DNA of 23,870 bases from Propionibacterium ruminifibrarum (GCF_900289195.1 NZ_OMOH01000013.1:1-23870); one strand, 5' to 3'. Counted from the first letter of the stretch, positions 8,528 to 16,617 are shown. Notes: generated by a model not told the origin, from the sequence alone. Numbers and translations are program-made.

Positions 8528-9178
8528 ATGACCACGATCCCTGGGCCCGGCGGCCGACCGGTCTCGTGGCCCGCCGGAGGCGGAACCATCCACGGCATCG
8601 TCCTGGCCGGCGGCACCGGCGAACGCCTCGGCCGGGTGAGCAAGGCCGACATCGTCCTGGGCGGGCGGCGGCTGCTCGACCGGGTGCTGGACGGCCTGCG
8701 GCCCGCCGTGAACGGGACCCTCGTCGTCGTCGCGCCGGACTCGGTGCAGGTGCCCGCGGGCTGCCTGCGCACCCTGGAGGACCCGCCGGGCGGCGGCCCG
8801 CTGGCCGGTGTCGCGGCGGGCCTGGCCGTGCTGCCCGCCCCGACCGGGGCCGGCGAGTTGGTGCTCGTGTGCGGCGTCGACACGCCGGGGGCCGGCGCGC
8901 TCGCCGGGCGGCTCGGGCAGGCGCTCGCCGGGAACCCGGGCCACGACGGGGCCGTCGCCGTCGGCGGCGAGCCCGAACCCTACCGGCAGTACCTGCAGGC
9001 CCTGTACCGACGCGACCGGCTCGCCGGGCTGCTCGGCCGGGTGCCGGTACGCGATCGCGGGGTGACCCGCACGCTGCGCGTCCTCGACCTCGTCGAGGTG
9101 GCCGTGCCGGCCGACGTGTGCCGTGACCTCGACAGCCCGGCCGACCTGGCCTGGTGGGCCGACCGGCTGGGCGACTGA
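8528..9178 (+). CDS. mobA: Molybdenum cofactor guanylyltransferase MobA-like (NTP_transf_3 family), 216 aa.
   Basis: IHGIVLAGGTGERLGRVSKADIVLGGRRLLDRVL matches the LAGGxxxRxG...K nucleotide-binding N-terminus of MobA. It is divergent from moaA. The start was chosen at ATG 8528 (MTTIPG), in frame with track ORF 8336-9178. Confidence 0.8.
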   Translation: MTTIPGPGGRPVSWPAGGGTIHGIVLAGGTGERLGRVSKADIVLGGRRLLDRVLDGLRPAVNGTLVVVAPDSVQVPAGCLRTLEDPPGGGPLAGVAAGLAVLPAPTGAGELVLVCGVDTPGAGALAGRLGQALAGNPGHDGAVAVGGEPEPYRQYLQALYRRDRLAGLLGRVPVRDRGVTRTLRVLDLVEVAVPADVCRDLDSPADLAWWADRLGD

Positions 9179-9264
9179 CCCGAGGATGGCGAAATGGAGC
9201 GTAGCCGGTTGGCAGAATGACTGATTCGAGGATGGCAAAATGGAGCGTAGCCGGTTGGCAGAAT
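9173..9264. repeat. 46-bp tandem direct repeat (2 copies, 43/46 identical), with a degenerate third copy to about 9300.
   Basis: Copy 1 is 9173-9218 (GACTGACCCGAGGATGGCGAAATGGAGCGTAGCCGGTTGGCAGAAT). Copy 2 is 9219-9264, with 3 substitutions. Copy 1 contains the mobA stop codon. GC is visibly lower than in the flanks. Confidence 0.9.
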
Positions 9265-9330
9265 GGTCGATAGAGCGTTGGTGGATGGCTGGCGACGCGC
9301 TGTCCGGCTGACTGGGAAGGGGATGCACCC

Positions 9331-10605
9331 ATGCTTGCCACACCAGACGGCGACGCCCCTGGCGGCTATCTGCCGCGTTATCTGGACAGTGAGATCGAGG
9401 AGCTTCTCAGCGAACTCCCGGCATTGGCCATCGATGGCGCCAAGGGGGTCGGCAAGACCGAGACCGCCTCCCGGCACGTCGACGTCGTTCTCGAACTCGA
9501 CTCCCCTGAGGTGCGCCAGCTCGTCGAGCTGGACATGACGACCCAGTTGCAACGTGCCGAGCGGTTGTGCGTGGACGAGTGGCAGAAGTACCCGCCCGTC
9601 TGGGACGGCGTGCGCAGGCTCGTCGACAAGGGCTCGGCGACCAGGTTCGTCCTGACTGGTAGCGCCACGCCGACGACGGGTGACACCCATTCCGGGGCGG
9701 GCCGTATCGTCTCGGTGCGGTTGCGCCCGTTGTCGCTCGCGGAACGCAGGTCGACAACTCCGACGATCTTCCTGTCCGAGCTGTTCGCGGGAACTGCCCA
9801 GATCGGCGGTGAGACGGACTTCCAGGCCGCCGACTACGCACGGGAGATCTGCGCAAGCGGTCTTCCAGGGATCAACCCACTGTCGCCGCGGGCGCGGCGA
9901 GCAGCATTGGACGGTTACGTCGAGCGGATCATCGACCGTGACATCCCCGAGCTTGGCGCCACGGTGCGTCACCCGGCCTCGCTGAGGGCATGGCTGAGCG
10001 CCTTCGCCGCGGCGTCCTCGACGACTGCCGGCCATGCGACCCTGATGCGGGCGGTCGCTCCGGGGGAGCCCGCCATGCCGGCCAGGAGCACGGCCCGGGT
10101 GTATAAGGAACTGCTGGCCAGGTTGTGGATCCTCGACCCGATTCCAGCCTGGCTTCCGACGATGGCGCCATTGTCACGTCTGACGAAGGGCGACAAGCAC
10201 CAACTGTGCGATCCCGGCCTGGCGGCACATCTGCTGGGTGTCACCGAGCAGAAGCTGCTCAGCGGTGTCGCTGGCTCGGGGGAGGTTTTCGGACAACTCT
10301 TCGAGTCCCTGGCGGCCCTGTCCCTGCGGGCCGCGGCCAGCGGCTGTGAGGCCAAGGTGCATCACCTGCGGACACGCGACGGCCTGCACGAGGTCGACCT
10401 GATTGTCGAACGGTTCGACGGCTCGGTCATCGCCTTCGAGGTCAAACTCGCCAGAGTCGTCGGGGACCACGAGGTACGGCACCTGAACTGGCTCGGTGAC
10501 CAGCTGGGCGGCCGGCTGGTGGACAAGGTGGTGCTCACCGCCGGGCGGGCCGCCTTCCGGCGCCCGGACGGCGTGGCGGTCATCCCCTTGGCGATGCTCG
10601 GCTGA
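9331..10605 (+). CDS. AAA-family ATP-binding protein with a DUF4143-type C-terminal domain (COG1373-like), 424 aa.
   Basis: It has Walker A DGAKGVGKTE, Walker B-like LCVDEWQ, and the pattern TGSATP...GRIVSVRLRPLSLAE typical of AAA_14/DUF4143 ATPases. GGGAAGGGGA lies upstream of the ATG. GC is 36/60 at 9361-9420, below the flanking genes. Confidence 0.8.
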   Translation: MLATPDGDAPGGYLPRYLDSEIEELLSELPALAIDGAKGVGKTETASRHVDVVLELDSPEVRQLVELDMTTQLQRAERLCVDEWQKYPPVWDGVRRLVDKGSATRFVLTGSATPTTGDTHSGAGRIVSVRLRPLSLAERRSTTPTIFLSELFAGTAQIGGETDFQAADYAREICASGLPGINPLSPRARRAALDGYVERIIDRDIPELGATVRHPASLRAWLSAFAAASSTTAGHATLMRAVAPGEPAMPARSTARVYKELLARLWILDPIPAWLPTMAPLSRLTKGDKHQLCDPGLAAHLLGVTEQKLLSGVAGSGEVFGQLFESLAALSLRAAASGCEAKVHHLRTRDGLHEVDLIVERFDGSVIAFEVKLARVVGDHEVRHLNWLGDQLGGRLVDKVVLTAGRAAFRRPDGVAVIPLAMLG

Positions 10606-10831
10606 CCGGTTGCCGTCCGGCTGACACTGCGCGAGTCGCCGAATGCGAGAACGACCTTCGTCCCGGTCGTGTGCGGCCGCGCCGCCCGGTGGCCGTCGGG
10701 CGTCAGGGCAGGATCGTACTGTCCCTCCGGCGGCGGCTGGCTTAGAGTGGCGATGAGTTGTGTTCGCAGCCATCCGGGCCCAGGGCGCAGGTGCGACGAC
10801 AAGTGCCCGGGGCGTGGGGAGAGGATGCCAG

Positions 10832-11341
10832 ATGCCCGACCGCAACGACTTCGACCTGTCGACGATCACCGCAGCCGTCATCGTCATGAGCGACCGTGTG
10901 CTGTCGCAGGAACACCCCAACACCGCAGGTGAGGCATGCCGTGACCGGCTCCTGACAGAGGGGCTGTCCGACGTCGCGCTCAGCGTCGTCCCCGAGCGGA
11001 GGCAGGTGCTCGACGAGGAGCTCCGCGCCGCGGTCACCGCCGGCCGTCGCCTCGTCATCGTGCTGGGCGGCACGGGGTTCCGCCGCAACAACGACGCCCC
11101 CGAGGTCGTCCGCGACCTGGTCGAGGTGGAGCTGCCCGGCGTCGCCGAACTGATCCGCGCCCACGGGGCGGAGCACAGCCCGCTGGCCCCGCTCTCACGC
11201 GAGGTCGTCGGAGTCACCGGCAAGGACTCCGACGCCGCCCTGCTCCTCTGCTCGCCCGGCTCCAAGGGCGGCATGAACGACACGCTCGACGTGTTGCTGC
11301 CGCTGCTGCGCCACGTCTACATCCAGCTCGCCGAGAGCTGA
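10832..11341 (+). CDS. mog: MogA/MoaB-family molybdopterin adenylyltransferase-like protein, 169 aa.
   Basis: AAVIVMSDRV...LVIVLGGTGFRRNNDAPEVV...PGVAELIR...SREVVGV...LLLCSPGSKGGMND matches the MoCF_biosynth (MogA/MoaB) fold motifs (GGTG, PGS). The ATG at 10832 is preceded by GGGGAGAGGA. Confidence 0.85.
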   Translation: MPDRNDFDLSTITAAVIVMSDRVLSQEHPNTAGEACRDRLLTEGLSDVALSVVPERRQVLDEELRAAVTAGRRLVIVLGGTGFRRNNDAPEVVRDLVEVELPGVAELIRAHGAEHSPLAPLSREVVGVTGKDSDAALLLCSPGSKGGMNDTLDVLLPLLRHVYIQLAES

Positions 11342-11629
11342 ACTACACCGGGCCCAGAATGAGTCCGATGAACGACGTGTCGACGTAGTGGATCACACTT
11401 CCTCACGATCTTCCTTGAGCAGTTGCTCAAGTGTCACGCCTGACGGCATCGAGTGCCGGGCCCATGGGGTGTGGGTTCGTCGCTGGGGGCTTGTGGCTCT
11501 GCCCTCGCGGATGAGGCGTTCAAAAGGTGTCGGTGTCGAGTGCCGAAGCGGGGGAGCGGTTGGGCGCCTTGTTGATCCGCTGATGCGGGTCAACTACGCG
11601 GAATCATCCGATTTTGCTATGGTTCATCC

Positions 11630-12037
11630 GTGCCAATGCATCGCATTTCCGACATCAGCAGACTGCTCGGGGTCTCGGACGACACGGTGCGCCGCTGGAT
11701 CAGCACCGGCCTCGTGAAGGCTGGCCAGGACGACCAGCACGTGCTGCGGGTCGACGGCGCCTCGCTGGCCGAGCACCTGCTCGCCCAGCAGCACGACCAC
11801 GCCGGCCTCGAGGACGGCTCGCGGTTCCAGTCGGCGCGCAACCACATCCAGGGCATCGTCACCGCCATCAAGTCCGACCCGGTCATGAGCCAGGTCGACC
11901 TCGTGAGCGGCAACTCCCGCATCGTCTCCCTCATCTCCACCGAGGCCGTCGAGGCCCTCGGGCTCGAGGTGGGTTCCATCGCGGTGGCCCAGGTGAAGGC
12001 GACCAACGTCTCCCTCGAACTGCCCGTCACCTCGTAG
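11630..12037 (+). CDS. Molybdate-responsive-type regulator: N-terminal excisionase/MerR-like HTH plus C-terminal Mop/TOBE molybdate-binding domain, 133-135 aa.
   Basis: The HTH is HRISDISRLLGVSDDTVRRWISTGLV. The Mop/TOBE-like region is SARNHIQGIVTAIKSDPVMSQVDLVSG...VSLISTEAVEALGLEVGSIAVAQVKATNVSLE. It lies immediately upstream of modA. The start is ambiguous: GTG 11630 or ATG 11636. Confidence 0.75.
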   Translation: MPMHRISDISRLLGVSDDTVRRWISTGLVKAGQDDQHVLRVDGASLAEHLLAQQHDHAGLEDGSRFQSARNHIQGIVTAIKSDPVMSQVDLVSGNSRIVSLISTEAVEALGLEVGSIAVAQVKATNVSLELPVTS

Positions 12038-12115
12038 CGTCACCGCGTCCGCGACCGGTGATTCCGCGTCACCCGGCAGCAGCCGGAGCACCGCGGCTCC
12101 GCCCGGACCGTCACC
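12025..12115 (+). promoter_or_regulatory. Four direct copies of CGTCACC between the Mop-type regulator gene and modA; candidate operator array.
   Basis: Exact heptamers occur at 12025-12031, 12038-12044, 12067-12073 and 12109-12115, with a partial inverted copy GGTGA at 12057-12061. Function is inferred from position only. Confidence 0.35.
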
Positions 12116-12165
12116 GGGCGCCATCCAGGCCCCGGCACGAGGGGCCCTCTCATGCAAGGAGCATC

Positions 12166-12945
12166 ATGAAACTCGTCCGCAGCATCGGGTCCGCCGCCGT
12201 CGCCGTCGCGCTGTCGGCAACCGTGGTCGGCTGCTCGTCCGGGGACGCCTCCTCGGACTCCTCGCAGGACGAGACCACCGTTCTCACCGTCTACGCCGCC
12301 GCCTCGCTGACGGCGAGCTACGACGAGATGGCCACCGCCTTCGAGACCGAGCACCCCGGCGTCGACGTTCAGTTCAACTACGCCGGCTCGCAGACACTCG
12401 TCGACCAGATCACCCAGGGCGCCCCCGCCGACGTGCTGGCCACGGCCAACACATCGACGATGAGCAAGGCCGTCGACGCCGGTGCCGTCGGCGAGACCAC
12501 CGAGTTCGCCACCAACGTCCTCACGCTCATCACACCCGCCGGGAACCCGGCCGGTGTCACGGGGCTGGACGACTCGCTCGACGCCGCCCAGCTCGTCATC
12601 TGCGCGCCCGAGGTGCCCTGCGGCTCGGCCACCCAGCAACTGACCGAGCTGCTCGGCGTCACCCTCAACCCGGTGAGCGAGGAGCAGCAGGTCACCGACG
12701 TGGTCGGCAAGGTCACCAGCGGTGAGGCCACCGCGGGAATCGTCTACCGCACCGACGCCATGGAGGCCGGCGACCAGGTCACCGAGGTGCCGATCGAGGG
12801 CGCCGACCAGGTCGTCAACCACTACCCGATCGCCACCGTCAACGAGAGCGAGCACGCCGAACTGGCCCAGCAGTTCGTCGACTACGTCCTGTCCGACGCC
12901 GGCCAGGCCACGCTCAGCAAGTACGGCTTCAGCCCGACCGCCTGA
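12166..12945 (+). CDS. modA: Molybdate ABC transporter substrate-binding lipoprotein ModA, 259 aa.
   Basis: MKLVRSIGSAAVAVALSATVVGCSS is a lipoprotein signal with a VVGC lipobox. The ModA-type motif is LTVYAAASL. CAAGGAG lies 5 nt upstream of the ATG. The upstream part of track ORF 11614-12945 is not coding in this frame. Confidence 0.9.
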   Translation: MKLVRSIGSAAVAVALSATVVGCSSGDASSDSSQDETTVLTVYAAASLTASYDEMATAFETEHPGVDVQFNYAGSQTLVDQITQGAPADVLATANTSTMSKAVDAGAVGETTEFATNVLTLITPAGNPAGVTGLDDSLDAAQLVICAPEVPCGSATQQLTELLGVTLNPVSEEQQVTDVVGKVTSGEATAGIVYRTDAMEAGDQVTEVPIEGADQVVNHYPIATVNESEHAELAQQFVDYVLSDAGQATLSKYGFSPTA

Positions 12946-12977
12946 GCGCGGGCGGCCCGGACGAGACGAGCAGAGCG

Positions 12978-14936
12978 GTGAGAGCACGCTCGCGGCGCGT
13001 CACGCCACCGGTCCCGGTGCCGGCCTGGCTGGCGGTGCTGGCCGCCCTCGGCGTGCTCTACCTGGTGATCCCGCTCGCCGGCATGGGCGCGGCCGTGCCC
13101 TGGGGGCGGTTCGGCGAGCTCATCACCGGCGAGGCCTCCCGGGACGCCCTCTGGCTGAGCCTGCGCACCTGCGCGGCCGCGACCGTCACCGACCTGCTGC
13201 TCGGCGTGCCTCTGGCGGTCGTGCTGTCCCGGTCCTGGCGCGGGGTGCGGCTCGTCCGCATACTCGTCGCCCTGCCCCTGTCGCTGCCGCCGGTCGTCGC
13301 CGGCCTGGCGCTGCTGGCCACCTTCGGGCGCCGGGGGCTGGTGGGGCAGGTGCTCGAGGGGGTCTGGGGCGTCCGGGTCGGCTTCACGACACTGGCCGTC
13401 GTCATGGCGCAGGTCTTCGTCTCGCTGCCCTTCCTCGTCATCACCCTCGAAGCCGCCCTGCGGTCCCGGCCGTCGGGGCTGGCCGAGACCGCCGCGTCGC
13501 TCGGGGCCGGGCCCACCAGGGTGCTGCGCTCGGTCACGCTTCCCCTCGTCGCACCGGCCCTGGCCCGCGGCACCGCGCTGTCACTGGCCCGCTGCCTGGG
13601 CGAGTTCGGGGCGACGCTCACCTTCGCCGGCTCGCTGCAGGGCGTCACCCGCACCCTGCCGCTGCAGATCTACCTGGCCCGAGAGACCGACTCCGACAAC
13701 GCCCTGGCGCTCGGCGCCCTGCTCGTCGTCGTGGCCGCAATCGTCGTCGCCGTCACCGAGTGGACGCCCGGGCGTCGCAGCGGCCCCGTGAGCGAGGGGG
13801 AGCAGGCGGCCGCCGAGCCGGCCGGCCCCGGCCCGGCCCGCTCCCTGCCCGCCGCGCCGGTCGACCTCGACGGGGGCCTGTCGGCCAGGGACTGGCGCAT
13901 GAGGCTTCAGATCCCCGCCGGGCAGGTGCTCGCCGTCATGGGGCACAACGGCTCGGGCAAGTCGACGCTCGCCGGGATCGTCGCCGGGCGGCTCCGCCTG
14001 GACAGCGGCCGCCTGCGCATCGGCGACCGGCTCGTGGATGGCGAGCACACCTTCGTCGAGGCACGGCGCCGCGGCGTGACGATGCTCGGCCAGGACCCGC
14101 ACGTCTTCGGCCACATGAGCGTGCTCGACAACGTCGCCTTCCCGCTGCGCTGCCGGGGCGTGCCCCGAGGCAGGGCCAGGCAGGGCGCTGCCGAACAGCT
14201 CGCCGCGGTCGGCTGCGCGCACCTGGCCGGACGCCGTGGCTCCCAGCTGTCCGGGGGCCAGGCCGCGCGGGTCGCCCTGGCCAGGGCGCTGGCTTTCGAA
14301 CCGGCCGTCCTCGTCCTGGACGAGCCGACCGCCGCCCTCGACGTCGAGGCGTCCTCGCACGTCACCCGGGTGCTCGCCGCCCGCCTGGCCGGGGCGGGCA
14401 CGACAACGATCCTCGTCACCCACGACGTGCTGGAGGCCCTCGAACTGGCCGACGCCATGATCGTCCTCGACCACGGCCGGCTCGTCGAACGGGGCGAGCC
14501 GGCCCGGCTGATCGCCCGCCCGGCCAGCGCCTTCACCGCCCGCCTGGCCGGGCTCAACATCGTCGACGGCCCGCTCGTGGTGGGCGACGACGGGCTGCCC
14601 GGCGTGGCCGTCGGCGACCGCCGCCTCGCCGCCGCGCAGCTGCCCGAGGGCGCCACGCTCGCGGCGGGCGACCGGGTCGCCCTGGTCTTCGCCCCCGAGG
14701 CGGTCGGCCTGCACGCCGCGCCGCCGTCCGGCTCCCCGCGCAGCGCCCTGCCGGGCGCCGTCGAGGCCGCCGACGAGGCGGGCGGGCTCGTCAGCGTCCG
14801 GCTGGGGCTGGATGGCGGCGCCGTCATCCGCGCCCGGGTGACGACCGCGGCCTGGGCCGAACTCGGCGCCCCGGTCGGCGGGCGGCTGTGGGCCGTCGTC
14901 AAGGCCACTCAGGTGCGAGTGGTGCCGCTGGCGTGA
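12978..14936 (+). CDS. modB: Fused molybdate ABC transporter permease (ModB, about aa 1-265) and ATP-binding subunit (ModC, about aa 300-652, with a C-terminal TOBE-like domain), 652 aa in one ORF.
   Basis: The permease EAA-loop region is LEAALRSRPSGLAETAASLGAGPTRVLRSVTLPL. A Pro/Ala-rich linker follows. The ATPase part has Walker A GHNGSGKST, the signature LSGGQAARVALARAL and Walker B VLVLDEPTAALD. The C-terminus VRLGLDGGAVIRARVT...LWAVVKATQVRVV is TOBE-like. It uses a GTG start. Confidence 0.88.
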   Translation: MRARSRRVTPPVPVPAWLAVLAALGVLYLVIPLAGMGAAVPWGRFGELITGEASRDALWLSLRTCAAATVTDLLLGVPLAVVLSRSWRGVRLVRILVALPLSLPPVVAGLALLATFGRRGLVGQVLEGVWGVRVGFTTLAVVMAQVFVSLPFLVITLEAALRSRPSGLAETAASLGAGPTRVLRSVTLPLVAPALARGTALSLARCLGEFGATLTFAGSLQGVTRTLPLQIYLARETDSDNALALGALLVVVAAIVVAVTEWTPGRRSGPVSEGEQAAAEPAGPGPARSLPAAPVDLDGGLSARDWRMRLQIPAGQVLAVMGHNGSGKSTLAGIVAGRLRLDSGRLRIGDRLVDGEHTFVEARRRGVTMLGQDPHVFGHMSVLDNVAFPLRCRGVPRGRARQGAAEQLAAVGCAHLAGRRGSQLSGGQAARVALARALAFEPAVLVLDEPTAALDVEASSHVTRVLAARLAGAGTTTILVTHDVLEALELADAMIVLDHGRLVERGEPARLIARPASAFTARLAGLNIVDGPLVVGDDGLPGVAVGDRRLAAAQLPEGATLAAGDRVALVFAPEAVGLHAAPPSGSPRSALPGAVEAADEAGGLVSVRLGLDGGAVIRARVTTAAWAELGAPVGGRLWAVVKATQVRVVPLA

Positions 14937-15009
14937 CCCGGGCCGAGTGAGCCGACCGGCCGCGGCCGCCCGGTGGAGAACCGGGCGCGCCGAGGGGATG
15001 ATTGGGTGC

Positions 15010-15804
15010 ATGAGGCTCGAGTACTACGTGGTCGACGCGTTCGCCGAGCGCCGGTTCGGCGGCAACCCGGCGGGGGTGTGCGTGCTCGACGAGTGGATCG
15101 ACGACGCGGTGATGCAGGCCGTCGCCGCCGAGAACCGGCTGTCGGAGACGGCGTTCACCGTGCGGCAACCCGACGGCGGCTACGAGCTGCGCTGGTTCAC
15201 CCCCACCTGCGAGGTGGACCTGTGCGGGCACGCCACCTTCGGCGCCGCCTATGCGCTCTTCGGGTTCCACGAGCAGGAGGCCGGCCGCATCGACTTCCGC
15301 GCCACGATGAAGGGCTACGAGCTGTCCTGCGAGCGCGACGCGGACATGGTGCGGATGGAGTTCCCCCGCATCGTGCCCGTCCCCTTCCGCTGCGGGGACG
15401 ACCTCGGGGCCGCGCTGGGCGTGGAGCCGGCTCATGTGCTCGCGACCGACCGCGACCTCGTCTGCGTCTTCGACGACGAGGATGCGGTGCGGGGCATGCG
15501 GCCGGACTTCGGGCTCGTCGCTGGCCTGGCGCACGGGCTCTCGGTGTACGTGACGGCCCCCGCGGCCGACTACGACTACGTCGCCCGCGCCTTCTGGCCG
15601 AAGATCGGCATCGACGAGGACCCGGTCTGCGGGTCGATGCAGTCCGCCCTCGTGCCCTACTGGTCCCAGCGTCTCGGTCGGAGCGCGCTCGTGTGCTTCG
15701 AGCCGTCCGAGCGCGAGGGCACCGTGTGGTGCCGGGACCTCGCGGACGCGGTGAGCATCTCCGGGCACGGCAGGCTCTACCTGCGCGGCGAGATCGAGGT
15801 GTAG
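15010..15804 (+). CDS. PhzF-family (phenazine biosynthesis-like) isomerase/epimerase-fold protein, 264 aa.
   Basis: MRLEYYVVDAFAERRFGGNPAGVCVL...RLSETAFTV...LRWFTPTCEVDLCGHATFGAAYAL is the typical PhzF N-terminal pattern. An alternative in-frame ATG at 14998 is possible. Confidence 0.85.
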   Translation: MRLEYYVVDAFAERRFGGNPAGVCVLDEWIDDAVMQAVAAENRLSETAFTVRQPDGGYELRWFTPTCEVDLCGHATFGAAYALFGFHEQEAGRIDFRATMKGYELSCERDADMVRMEFPRIVPVPFRCGDDLGAALGVEPAHVLATDRDLVCVFDDEDAVRGMRPDFGLVAGLAHGLSVYVTAPAADYDYVARAFWPKIGIDEDPVCGSMQSALVPYWSQRLGRSALVCFEPSEREGTVWCRDLADAVSISGHGRLYLRGEIEV

Positions 15805-15891
15805 GGAGCCGGAACGCCGGGGTGGGGCACCGGCGGGCAGGGACGAGCCGGGCACCCGCTCCGGGCCCCGGGCACCGGGAAACGCACCCCT

Positions 15892-15906
15892 GCTTCTCAG
15901 AGAAGC
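15892..15906. promoter_or_regulatory. Perfect 15-bp palindrome GCTTCTCAGAGAAGC between the PhzF-family gene and the acetyltransferase gene.
   Basis: It has 7-bp arms around a single central base, lies 57 nt upstream of the ATG at 15964, and has lower GC than its surroundings. Its role as operator or hairpin is not established. Confidence 0.3.
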
Positions 15907-15963
15907 CTTCTGGCAGGACGGCCGGCCGCCTTACCATGAGGGGGTCGGGGGAGAGGAGCCATC

Positions 15964-16617
15964 ATGGACGAGCGCAACGGCACCGACGCGAAATATCACG
16001 ACATGCTGAATTCCGGCGAACTCTACGACGGCGCCGGCGGGGAGCTCATCGCCTACCAGCACGAGCTCGCGGTGAAGCTCAACGAGTTCAACGCCACGCC
16101 CGACACTCCCGAGGGGCTGGCCGAGCGCGACCGGCTGCTGCGCGAAATGCTCGGCACCCACGGGGAGGGCCTGCGCGTCGTCCCGCCGGTCGCGGCAGGC
16201 TACGGGCTGCGCCACGTGCACGTGGGGAGGAACGTCGTCATCGGCCCCAACGTGAGCATCGCCGACGACGGCGACGTCTTCATCGGCGACGACGTGGTGA
16301 TCGGCCCGAACGTTTCCATCGTCACGACGGAGTACCCTGTCTCGCCGCGGCTGCGCCGCCACAAGCTGCAGTTCAACAAGCCCGTGCGCATCGGTGACAA
16401 CGTGCTGGTCTGCGCGGGGGCCGTCATCCAGGCGGGCGTGACCGTGGGCGAGAACTCCATCATCCGCGCCGGGGGCGTGGTGATCCGTGACGTGCCGGCC
16501 GACTCCATCGTCGGGGGCGTGCCCGCCCGCGTCCTGCGCCGGATCGACGAGGTGGAGGACCGCTTCTACGACCACGGCAGACCCATCCCGCAGGAGATCC
16601 TCGACAAGTACCAGTGA
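15964..16617 (+). CDS. Maltose/galactoside O-acetyltransferase-like hexapeptide-repeat (LbH) acetyltransferase, 217 aa.
   Basis: It has a Mac-type N-terminus (YHDMLNSGELYD...LNEFN) followed by hexapeptide repeats (VVIGPNVSIADDGDVFIGDDVVIGPNVSI...IGDNVLVCAGAVIQAGVTVGENSIIRAGGVV). GGAGAGGAG lies upstream of the ATG. Confidence 0.87.
   Translation: MDERNGTDAKYHDMLNSGELYDGAGGELIAYQHELAVKLNEFNATPDTPEGLAERDRLLREMLGTHGEGLRVVPPVAAGYGLRHVHVGRNVVIGPNVSIADDGDVFIGDDVVIGPNVSIVTTEYPVSPRLRRHKLQFNKPVRIGDNVLVCAGAVIQAGVTVGENSIIRAGGVVIRDVPADSIVGGVPARVLRRIDEVEDRFYDHGRPIPQEILDKYQ

Noticed and set aside
8434-8883. Upstream 150 codons of track ORF 7399-8883, as an extended MoaA.
   Set aside because: The extension is low-complexity and overlaps mobA on the opposite strand. 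MoaA homology starts at MDAQQ (8433).
10606-10831. Possible Moco riboswitch upstream of mog (also considered upstream of moaA and modA).
   Set aside because: I could not recognise the conserved Moco-motif core by eye. The moaA leader is essentially absent, and the predicted mog 5' UTR (about 77 nt from the TAGAGT element) is shorter than the motif. A covariance-model scan (Rfam Moco_RNA_motif) would settle it.
11614-12165. Upstream 184 codons of track ORF 11614-12945, as an extended ModA.
   Set aside because: It overlaps the HTH-Mop regulator gene in a different frame. ModA has its own RBS and lipoprotein signal peptide at 12166.
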